Source: Candidatus Cloacimonadales bacterium (GTDB lineage: Bacteria; Cloacimonadota; Cloacimonadia; Cloacimonadales; JAFGVF01). Taken from it: a stretch of DNA of 64,000 nt. The translations under genes and the position numbers were made by a program. The notes beneath the pieces were generated by a model. It ran no database searches. It was not told the origin of the DNA and worked only from the letters and a program-made list of their open reading frames with translations. The stretch is taken from the NCBI GenBank assembly GCA_963667035.1, contig OY762964.1, forward strand, positions 2,368,001-2,432,000, written 5' to 3'. This document shows, piece by piece, positions 9,851 through 18,538 of the stretch. Within the stretch, counting starts at the first letter, position 1, and each line of letters starts with the position of its first letter.

Positions 9851-11106
9851 AAGTACTCGTAATTGGGAGCGGAGCAAGAGAACACGCCATTGCAGAAGCA
9901 TTACAACAAAGTAAAAAAGTTGAGACCGTATTTGTGTCACCGGGAAACGATGGAATAGCTAAAGAACATTCCATTACCAGTTTACCTCAATTTGAAAACA
10001 TTAAAGAATTTGTATTAAGTAATAAGATTGATTTCGTGTTTGTTGGACCAGAACAACCTCTTGCGGAAGGGATTGTTGATTATTTGCAACATCATAATAT
10101 AAATGTAGTCGGGCCAATGAAAGCAGCAGCAAGAATCGAGAGTAGTAAGGCTTATGCTAAAAATCTAATGAAGATTAATAATATACCTACAGCAATTTAT
10201 GAAGTATTCACTGAATATGACTTAGCGAAAGAATATTTAGAGAAATGTGCTTATCCTCAAGTTTTGAAAGCTGATGGTCTAGCCGCAGGTAAGGGTGTTA
10301 TAATTGTTAGTGATATAAACGAAGCTATTGAGTCTTTAAAAGATATGATGCTAAACGGTGCCTTTGGAACTGCCGGAGATCAAGTTGTAATAGAAGAATT
10401 TATGGAGGGTTGGGAAACATCCATATTTGCTTTTACAGATGGAATTGATTTCATCTCAACCATTTTTTCACAAGATCACAAAGCAATATTTGATGAAGAC
10501 AAGGGACCTAACACGGGAGGTATGGGTGCTTATGCCCCAGTAAAAAAAGCTGCAGTATATCATCAGTTTGTTGATGAAAATATTTTTACCCCGGTTTTAG
10601 AAGCCATGAAAAGAGATGGAAATCCTTTCCAAGGTATTCTTTATGCCGGTCTTATGGTTACAGATTCAGGGCCAAGAGTTGTAGAGTTTAACTGCCGTTT
10701 CGGCGATCCAGAAACACAAGTTATTCTACCATTGTTAAAAACTGATTTTGCCGACATCTGTACATCAATTTTTACTAAAAGAGTGAAAGATTTAACTCTG
10801 GAATGGTCTGACGAATATGCAGTAAATGTTGTTGCAGCTTCTAAAGGTTACCCTGATAAGTATGAGAAGGGTATGATTATTGCTGACTTATATAACGACC
10901 ATTCAATTAAAGATGCAAAAGTATATTATTCCGGAGTTAAAAATGAATCTAACCACTTAGTAACAAATGGCGGAAGAGTTTTATCAGTGACAGCAAAAGC
11001 AAATGATTTAGTTGGAGCAATTGATAAAGCATACAAACGTCTAAGTGAACTAAGTTTTGAAGGTAAGACTTATCGAACAGACATTGGAAAAAAGGGTTTG
11101 ATTTGA
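9847..11106 (+). CDS. purD: Phosphoribosylamine--glycine ligase
   Basis: VIGSGAREHA, VGPEQPL, KADGLAAGKGV, GPNTGGMGAY, EFNCRFGDPETQ, TNGGRVL. Confidence 0.97.
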   Translation: MKVLVIGSGAREHAIAEALQQSKKVETVFVSPGNDGIAKEHSITSLPQFENIKEFVLSNKIDFVFVGPEQPLAEGIVDYLQHHNINVVGPMKAAARIESSKAYAKNLMKINNIPTAIYEVFTEYDLAKEYLEKCAYPQVLKADGLAAGKGVIIVSDINEAIESLKDMMLNGAFGTAGDQVVIEEFMEGWETSIFAFTDGIDFISTIFSQDHKAIFDEDKGPNTGGMGAYAPVKKAAVYHQFVDENIFTPVLEAMKRDGNPFQGILYAGLMVTDSGPRVVEFNCRFGDPETQVILPLLKTDFADICTSIFTKRVKDLTLEWSDEYAVNVVAASKGYPDKYEKGMIIADLYNDHSIKDAKVYYSGVKNESNHLVTNGGRVLSVTAKANDLVGAIDKAYKRLSELSFEGKTYRTDIGKKGLI

Positions 11107-11123
11107 TAAGTATCGAGGGAAAA

Positions 11124-14100
11124 ATGTTTCATAAAAGATACTTACTAGTGCTATTATTGGCACTTTCTTCACTAGTAGGGCTATACTCGAAAGCTCCTTT
11201 CAGAATAATAGAGCAAGATGAAAACCACTTGCTGTTAAATTTTATACTTCCCGATTATAAGATACTGGACTATTATGAAGATAATGAAATTGTTCAAAGG
11301 GTAGATATACCAAACTCAATTATGCTTGCAGAACCTGGATATCCGGTACTACCATACTTTGCAGATATTGTTGGTATCCCAATTGATGGAGATATTTCCT
11401 TATCTATTGATTCGATTGATTATGATGTTATCCACATAGATAACATTGACTATGCCGATAAACAAGAATTGCAAGGAGATGTATTAGTATATTCAAAATA
11501 CAAAGCTCAGACAAACGAAGCTCGTAGTATCTATCCGGAAATGGAAATCATACAAAATCAGAAAGGATTTGCAGGAAATAGACATTTTGCCGGTTTCTCA
11601 TTTTTCCCTTTCACATATAATTCTAATTCTAAAAGCCTAAAGATTGCAAAAAATGCTACAATTATGATACAAATAAGTGGTTCAAAATCTAAAAATACTC
11701 AAGCAAGCTTTAATAATAGAGGGCTATATAACAAAGTTGGCGATCAACTGTTCATAAATAATGAAATATCTAAGAATTGGATAAAGCCTAAAGAGATAGA
11801 CTATGAAAGTGATTGTACTATTCAAAGAAATAATACTGTTAATAAGCTCCAGATTTGGGTTAAAGAAGATGGACTATACAAAATTACAAAGGAGTTTCTA
11901 ATTGATGCTATAAGAGAAGCATCATACGAATATCAATTCAATCTAAGCTTTGATATAAACAGAGTAGATCCAAGATTAATAGAGTTAAGTGATAGAGATG
12001 GTGTTGTCCCGATAAGATTCGTTGGAGAAGATGACGGTAGTTTTGATAATGGAGACTACTTTGAATTCTGGGGTAAAATGAATAGAGGTGAAACATCATA
12101 TTACGATGACTATACAGATTCAAATATATATAACTTATATATAAGTGATACGAACGGTTCTAGATTAACAGTTGAAAATGGTGGTTTGTTAGTTAATTCT
12201 AGTTCAAATTTAATCAGACCGGATGCATTTGAGCAAGAAATCCATATTGAAGAGCAAAACATTATGGATAATTTAGCCCAAGGTTACAGAGCCATAAACA
12301 GATTTTTTAGAGAAGATAATTGGTTTTGGAATAGGATATCCGCACCTAACTTGAAGATTTTCAATTTTGATTTACAATACCCTCTTAGTACTAGTATAAG
12401 AACATTTGAAGCAGAAGTTTGTTTGCATGGATTAACATATAGTTCTTCTACAGGATGGGACCATCATGCTGTGGTTAGATTAAATTCTGTTCTAATAGAT
12501 AATGATGAGAATGGAGTTTCTGAAGAAACTGACACTTATTGGGACGGACAAACCGAAAAAATCTTTAAGAACTACACTCCCCTAGGTAATGCAAATTTAT
12601 ATCATGGAGACAACAATCTTTTTATTAGTATGCCAGGAGATACTGTTTCAGGAAACCATGAAGTTATTCTCTTGGATTACTTAAATCTTAAGTACTGGCG
12701 AGAATTCAAAACTGATACAGATTTCATCAAATTCGTAAGACCAAGCAATAGACCATTTGGACTTTATGAATTCAATATAGAAGGCTTTTCGAGTTCCGAT
12801 GTTAGTATATACAAACTAGGTGTTGCTATTATGGAGAATATCCAAGTAACTCCATTCAGTGAAACTGGAGGAGCACCATATACTGTAACATTTCAAGACA
12901 GTGTTATTACCGATGGTTTTGAATATGTCGCAATTACGGAAAGTGAAAAGAAAGTACCAGAGAAAATAATACCTGATTATCCCTCCTATTTGAAGAGTCA
13001 CTCAAATAGAGCTGATTTAATAATGATTACAGTAAATGATTTTCTTGGTACTGAAGGTATGGAGAATCTTCAGGCTCATTGGGAAGATATGGGATTAGTA
13101 GTAAAAGTTGTTGATGTGCAAGATATCTATGATGAATTCAATAACGGCATAAAAAGTGCACAATCAATCAAGGATTTTATTAAATACGCTTATAATAATT
13201 GGGAATATCCTCAATTAAAATATACAATTTTGATTGGTGACGGGACTTACAATGAAAGAGACGATGGTCCATACGAGAAATATAATTTAATCCCTGTAAA
13301 AAAGATTTGGACTCATACAGTAGGAGCAACCGCAAGTGATACTTGGTATGGTTGCATTATAGGGGATGATTTTGTTCCTGATGTTATTATAAGTAGAATA
13401 CCTGTTAGGGAAGCTGATGAGATCCAAAATCTTTATGAAAAAGTTAATAAATATGCATCCGATCAGACTTCTGACAACCCTTGGAGAGGCCGAGTAACCT
13501 TAGCAGCAGGTGGTTCTCAAGGTGAAGGTCATGACATTTTCTCTCAGCAAGAAGAAGCTATCAGAAGCTATGGAATTCCAGATGATTATTTTGTTACAAG
13601 AGTTTATGTTACAACAGTTCCTCCCACACCAAGTGGCTATTATGGAAACACATTTAAACTAAAAGACTCAATATCTGAAGGCATTACTTTTCTGCAATTC
13701 ATGGGTCATGGTGGTGGTAGAATCTGGGCAGATTTTAGTCTTCTAAATTATACTGATATTAGAACTCTTACCAACACTGATTATTTCTTCGTATCTAGTT
13801 TATCTTGCTTTGGCGCAGCATTTGACTCTGATGAGCCTTGTATTAACGAAGGATTCGTTTTGGAAAAAGATAAAGGAGCTGTAGGCTCTATCGGATTCAC
13901 TGGAGTTGGATATGTAGATCAGGATTTACATATGGGTTTAGTTCTTACCGAAGCTTTATTTAATCCTGCTTTCTCTTCCGTTGGAGAGTCCATTAATTAT
14001 ACTTTAGCAAACTTCTATGCAACTCAATTATCTAACTCGGCCAGAGATGGCTTAACAAGTGCCTTCTGCTATTTAGGTGATCCTGTGCTTAGCATTCACA

Positions 14101-16154
14101 GATTAGGTGAAGATATAAGTTGTTCAATTAATAAAGATTTCTACTCTCCAGGAGATACTATACAAGTATCAGTTCAGTTTCCAGAGAATGTAACCGAAGT
14201 TGTTCCTCTTGTTCTGGATAAGGATGAGATTGCTCTCAATTACTTGTTTAGCACTCCAATATATGACGGGCATTACGAGTATAGTTATGTCATTCCAAAC
14301 AATATTGAGGCTCAATATTTAACAGTTAGAATTGCCGGTATATCTCCTGAGCAAGAGTATATAGCTTTGAAAAAGATACCGGTTTTTGATAACAACATTA
14401 ACTTAGTATCTACTATTCCGGAAGAACCTTGTTATGATGACTCTGTTCACATAACTGCGAATATAGTTTCGGTCGATAATATATTAGATATAAAATGTAA
14501 CGTTATCATTGGTGAATATAGTTCTAATTCATCTTATGTCAGTTTTAACCAATTAGACTCAATTGAGATCCCCATGGAGTTTATTGATCAAAATACCGTA
14601 AAAACTATTTATCCGATAAATCCGGATACTCTCAACTACCTTCCCGGGTATGAAGTTCATATTAATATTACTGTCGAGACTGAAGAAGGAAGTTTTGAAT
14701 CACCTCTAACAACATATAATATTAAAGGACCGGATATCTCCATTAACTCTGTAGAACTTGTTGTCAATGATGGCGTTCCGGGATATCTATTGTCACTTGC
14801 AAACTATGGTAACATGGTATCCCCTAACACAGAGGTTAAGATTTATTATACTATCAATTCGCAAGAGAACATTCTAGGATTATATCCTTTAAGAAGCCTT
14901 AACACAACTGAGAATAGAGAATTATTCTGTCCCATTGGAGAAACAGATTCGGGAGAATATACAGCCTTTGTTACTGTTAATCAGAACCGAATCTTTCCTG
15001 AGATTTCATATAGAAACAATCTAGTAAGTATACCTGTTTCAAGTACATTCCACGAAGTTGTTTCAAATCAGCATATTACAACAAAAGATGACAATCTTGT
15101 AGTAGATGTCCCAGAGAATTTTGGACTTGGCAGTACTTTATTGGAATTAAAGCCTGTCTCAATATCCGAAACAATATTACAACCCGACATTTTTCCTGTT
15201 ACACTAAAAAATGAAAGTTCTACGATTGCATATACAATCAAAATTCATAATTCTTCGATTGTTGATTCTTTAGGCAATTTCCTAAACAATAGAAAATTGA
15301 GAATTACTGCAAATATTTCGACAGCTGACTCTTTGACACAAGTTTTAAAATACAACGATAGTTTTAGGTTCTACCAATGGCATGACTCTTATAAAAAATG
15401 GTTCATAGTTGGCGGTTTAATCAACCCTGACAATAACAAGGTGAGCTATGATATTGATAGAAATGGTGTCTATGCTTTGATGAACAATGCTGACAGAGTT
15501 GCTCCGTCAATTGAAGCAAATGTAGCTGAGCAAGAGTTCACAAGAGGCGGTTATATTGCCAGTGATGGTATTATCAGCTTAAGCTTTTATGACGATAATG
15601 GTATAGATGTCATCACTAATCCACCAAGAGTTACTCTGAATGGCGATATCGTTGAGGATAGCTCCATATCTTTATCTATCAATGAAGATAATATTAATAG
15701 CGTACCGATGAATTATAAGCTAGACTTAGATATTGGAGATTACTCACTTAGAGCAGAGTGTTGTGATGTTAATGGAAACTTTAAGGATTTGATTATCAAT
15801 TTTAGAGTTAACGATGAGTTTGAAATAATAAACGTTGCTAACTATCCAAATCCCATTGTTGGACATGCAATAGAACCGGTAAATGATGGAAGAACAAGAT
15901 TTACTTATTTGTTAACTGCCCCGGCTGATAAAGTAACTTTGAAAATTTATACTGTATCGGGTAGATTGGTAAAAACCTTTCGAGATTTGCCCAAAGGTGT
16001 TGGATATCATGAGTATCCTAGAACAGTATATGGTTGGGATTGTAGAGATGAAGATGGCTTTTATCTAGCAAATGGTGTTTACTTCTATAGGATTATTGCT
16101 AAGAATAAAGATAAAACTGTTGAGAAAACCCAGAAGATGGCCATATTGAGGTAA
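11124..16154 (+). CDS. C25 (gingipain-family) peptidase, PorU-like sortase candidate, with CTD
   Basis: Likely ATG 11124 after GAGGG; signal peptide; C25 motifs IYDEFNNG, LIGDG, ASDTWY, His site FMGHGGG and Cys site LSCFG, YLGDP; CTD NYPNP...LANGVYFYRI. Confidence 0.85.
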   Translation: MFHKRYLLVLLLALSSLVGLYSKAPFRIIEQDENHLLLNFILPDYKILDYYEDNEIVQRVDIPNSIMLAEPGYPVLPYFADIVGIPIDGDISLSIDSIDYDVIHIDNIDYADKQELQGDVLVYSKYKAQTNEARSIYPEMEIIQNQKGFAGNRHFAGFSFFPFTYNSNSKSLKIAKNATIMIQISGSKSKNTQASFNNRGLYNKVGDQLFINNEISKNWIKPKEIDYESDCTIQRNNTVNKLQIWVKEDGLYKITKEFLIDAIREASYEYQFNLSFDINRVDPRLIELSDRDGVVPIRFVGEDDGSFDNGDYFEFWGKMNRGETSYYDDYTDSNIYNLYISDTNGSRLTVENGGLLVNSSSNLIRPDAFEQEIHIEEQNIMDNLAQGYRAINRFFREDNWFWNRISAPNLKIFNFDLQYPLSTSIRTFEAEVCLHGLTYSSSTGWDHHAVVRLNSVLIDNDENGVSEETDTYWDGQTEKIFKNYTPLGNANLYHGDNNLFISMPGDTVSGNHEVILLDYLNLKYWREFKTDTDFIKFVRPSNRPFGLYEFNIEGFSSSDVSIYKLGVAIMENIQVTPFSETGGAPYTVTFQDSVITDGFEYVAITESEKKVPEKIIPDYPSYLKSHSNRADLIMITVNDFLGTEGMENLQAHWEDMGLVVKVVDVQDIYDEFNNGIKSAQSIKDFIKYAYNNWEYPQLKYTILIGDGTYNERDDGPYEKYNLIPVKKIWTHTVGATASDTWYGCIIGDDFVPDVIISRIPVREADEIQNLYEKVNKYASDQTSDNPWRGRVTLAAGGSQGEGHDIFSQQEEAIRSYGIPDDYFVTRVYVTTVPPTPSGYYGNTFKLKDSISEGITFLQFMGHGGGRIWADFSLLNYTDIRTLTNTDYFFVSSLSCFGAAFDSDEPCINEGFVLEKDKGAVGSIGFTGVGYVDQDLHMGLVLTEALFNPAFSSVGESINYTLANFYATQLSNSARDGLTSAFCYLGDPVLSIHRLGEDISCSINKDFYSPGDTIQVSVQFPENVTEVVPLVLDKDEIALNYLFSTPIYDGHYEYSYVIPNNIEAQYLTVRIAGISPEQEYIALKKIPVFDNNINLVSTIPEEPCYDDSVHITANIVSVDNILDIKCNVIIGEYSSNSSYVSFNQLDSIEIPMEFIDQNTVKTIYPINPDTLNYLPGYEVHINITVETEEGSFESPLTTYNIKGPDISINSVELVVNDGVPGYLLSLANYGNMVSPNTEVKIYYTINSQENILGLYPLRSLNTTENRELFCPIGETDSGEYTAFVTVNQNRIFPEISYRNNLVSIPVSSTFHEVVSNQHITTKDDNLVVDVPENFGLGSTLLELKPVSISETILQPDIFPVTLKNESSTIAYTIKIHNSSIVDSLGNFLNNRKLRITANISTADSLTQVLKYNDSFRFYQWHDSYKKWFIVGGLINPDNNKVSYDIDRNGVYALMNNADRVAPSIEANVAEQEFTRGGYIASDGIISLSFYDDNGIDVITNPPRVTLNGDIVEDSSISLSINEDNINSVPMNYKLDLDIGDYSLRAECCDVNGNFKDLIINFRVNDEFEIINVANYPNPIVGHAIEPVNDGRTRFTYLLTAPADKVTLKIYTVSGRLVKTFRDLPKGVGYHEYPRTVYGWDCRDEDGFYLANGVYFYRIIAKNKDKTVEKTQKMAILR

Positions 16155-16159
16155 ACAAC

Positions 16160-17167
16160 ATGAAGAAAGTATTTATTATTATATCGATGTTAGTTACTCT
16201 TTTTTCACTAAAAGCAGGAAGATATGCAGGAGACTTTATGGAAATTGGCTCTGGTGTCAGAGCTCTAGGACTTGGTAAAGCCTATGTATCAATTGCAGAT
16301 GATGGAAGTGCATTATACTGGAATCCTGCAGGTGTTGCTCAAATAAGAAATCTGGAGGCATCATTCATGCATGCAGAATTGTATGATGGTTTAGCCAGCT
16401 ATGATAGTTTTACTTACTGCCAACCTCTTCCCAATTTAGTTACTATTGCCGTAGGGTGGACTAGATTAACAATAGATGAAATCCCTGAATTCAGCGAAAT
16501 GCATCTAATCGGGACTAACGTTGATATTCGTTCTGCAGATCCAGAGCTACATTTATCCGGTATACCCGATGGGCAATTCACAAGTTATGATGATTTGTTT
16601 CAATTTTCTTTCGCTAAACAACTACATTATGAAGCTGATTTAGGGTGGGGATTCTTTAAAGTACCTTTTGATTTGAACATGGGAGGTAATGTCAAATTCA
16701 TTAGAAGAAAATTACAGAATAATTTTGGTACCGGTTCTGGATTTGATTTTGGTATACTTCTTAAATCAGATTTGAGTATACTACTTGATAGAGATTGGCT
16801 AGGACATATAAAATACGGATTGAATTTTCAGAATGTTTCGGGAACTGAGATTACTTGGGATACCGATTCAAACCATAAAGATGAAATTCTATTTAACACT
16901 AAGATGGGATTTTGCATCGACCAACCTATTCCTCAATGGAAATCTTCATTTATTATTGCTTATGATAAAGATTATGTTTATGATAAGACAAATCATTATG
17001 GGATCGAATATGACTACGATAGAAAGTTTCAGATTAGATCAGGCTATTCTGAGGAAAACATAAGTGCCGGTATCAGCGTTAAAATATACTCTTTCATTAT
17101 AGACTATGGATTTAATACAAACAATTTAGGAAACACAAATAGAATAGGTCTAAGGCTTCATTTCTAA
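16160..17167 (+). CDS. PorV/PorQ-like (FadL-type) outer-membrane beta-barrel
   Basis: F.EIG.GVRALGLGKAY..IADD.SALYWNPAG signature; amphipathic strands; C-terminal Phe; directly follows the PorU-like gene. Confidence 0.85.
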   Translation: MKKVFIIISMLVTLFSLKAGRYAGDFMEIGSGVRALGLGKAYVSIADDGSALYWNPAGVAQIRNLEASFMHAELYDGLASYDSFTYCQPLPNLVTIAVGWTRLTIDEIPEFSEMHLIGTNVDIRSADPELHLSGIPDGQFTSYDDLFQFSFAKQLHYEADLGWGFFKVPFDLNMGGNVKFIRRKLQNNFGTGSGFDFGILLKSDLSILLDRDWLGHIKYGLNFQNVSGTEITWDTDSNHKDEILFNTKMGFCIDQPIPQWKSSFIIAYDKDYVYDKTNHYGIEYDYDRKFQIRSGYSEENISAGISVKIYSFIIDYGFNTNNLGNTNRIGLRLHF

Positions 17168-17176
17168 GGAGGCAAT

Positions 17177-17983
17177 ATGAAGAACTTTATAATACTATTA
17201 ACTCTGTTATTAATCATAGGTTGTGCTGGTGAGGATAAAGAAAACAAGGATAATAATCCTCCTAAAAAACCAAACTTCTATAAGCATCTAGGTGATTTAG
17301 GTGATGTACACAGCATCACTAGTCTACCTTTGGAAGGCTACGATGGGAATGATATAAACGATTTCAATAATGGTATTGATGCTCTACATGGACCAGAGAA
17401 CAATATTAAACTGCAATGGGAACATTTGGTAGACAATGACTTAAGTGCAATAAATCTATTCCGATACTCTTTTTTTGATGAAGAGCCTGAACTAATCGCC
17501 AATTTAAATCCTTCCATTGATGAATACATTGATAGAGACTTAATAACATATAGACAATTCTATTATTATATGGAAGTAAGCGATAAGGCTGGCAATAAAA
17601 CTATTTCAGATACTATTAGCTATAAGCTTTACAATAAAGCTCAGCTTGCTTCACCGATAAGCGATATGACCATTAACGATTTGCATAATCTCAATTTCAC
17701 ATGGTTAGAAGCTGGAATGAGTGAAACTATAGATTTCTATAGAGTAATACTTTATAGAGACAATTCAAATGATAATTACTCCGAATATGAAACAATATGG
17801 AGTTATGATGAGTATGTTACTGAACATTCTGAGTTTACAATAAACTACTCTGATAATAGTGGCGATATACATATACCTAATGGTCCTTACTTTTGGCGAG
17901 TTGATGCTTTTAGATACAATAGTGAATCAGATATATACTTCGGCTCAGAATCCATTGAAAACAGGTTATATATTTATCAGTAA
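17177..17983 (+). CDS. Lipoprotein with FN3-like domains
   Basis: Lipobox LIIGC; LQWE..YYYMEVSDKAGN and YFWRVDA FN3-like strands. Confidence 0.7.
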   Translation: MKNFIILLTLLLIIGCAGEDKENKDNNPPKKPNFYKHLGDLGDVHSITSLPLEGYDGNDINDFNNGIDALHGPENNIKLQWEHLVDNDLSAINLFRYSFFDEEPELIANLNPSIDEYIDRDLITYRQFYYYMEVSDKAGNKTISDTISYKLYNKAQLASPISDMTINDLHNLNFTWLEAGMSETIDFYRVILYRDNSNDNYSEYETIWSYDEYVTEHSEFTINYSDNSGDIHIPNGPYFWRVDAFRYNSESDIYFGSESIENRLYIYQ

Positions 17984-17998
17984 TAATCTTAATAATCC

Positions 17999-18027
17999 TT
18001 GACTGAGAATTTAGATATAAATAAGAT
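17999..18027 (+). promoter_or_regulatory. Putative sigma70 promoter for the SLBB-wzc run
   Basis: TTGACT-N17-TAAGAT. Confidence 0.6.
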
Positions 18028-18052
18028 ACATAAAACAGAATAAGAGGTAAAT

Positions 18053-18538
18053 GTGAGGAAGTTAACGGTTCTAATTGGGTTTTTGCTGTTCATATCATTC
18101 TTAATGTCACAGCAGACAATTAACTTTCAATCAGCAGATAATGCATCGGCATACACATATAGTGGGTCTATGAATAATGTTGAGAAGTTGAAAATTAATA
18201 CATATATTTGGGGTCAAGTTTTGAAACCAGGATTATATATTGTTCCTGATAATACTGATTTGTTAAAACTAATTTCTTTAGCTGGGGGTCCAACTGAGGA
18301 TGCTAAATTAAATAAGATAAGAGTTATCAGACCAACACAAGAAGGCAAGAAAGTCATAGTTGTTAATATGAAAAAATATATAGATACAGGCGATGAAAAC
18401 TTGATTCCGGTGTTAATGCCGGGTGACACAGTTGTTGTTTCTGGGACTATCTGGTATGCAGTAACCAGATTTACAGGTTTTGTTGCAGATGTTGCAATAT
18501 TAGTAACAGTTTACGCAACTCTCTCCAATATTAATTAG
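18053..18538 (+). CDS. SLBB-domain polysaccharide export (Wza-like, short) protein
   Basis: IWGQVLKPGLY...LISLAGGPTEDA...IRVIR...LMPGDTVVV plus a C-terminal amphipathic helix. Confidence 0.8.
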   Translation: MRKLTVLIGFLLFISFLMSQQTINFQSADNASAYTYSGSMNNVEKLKINTYIWGQVLKPGLYIVPDNTDLLKLISLAGGPTEDAKLNKIRVIRPTQEGKKVIVVNMKKYIDTGDENLIPVLMPGDTVVVSGTIWYAVTRFTGFVADVAILVTVYATLSNIN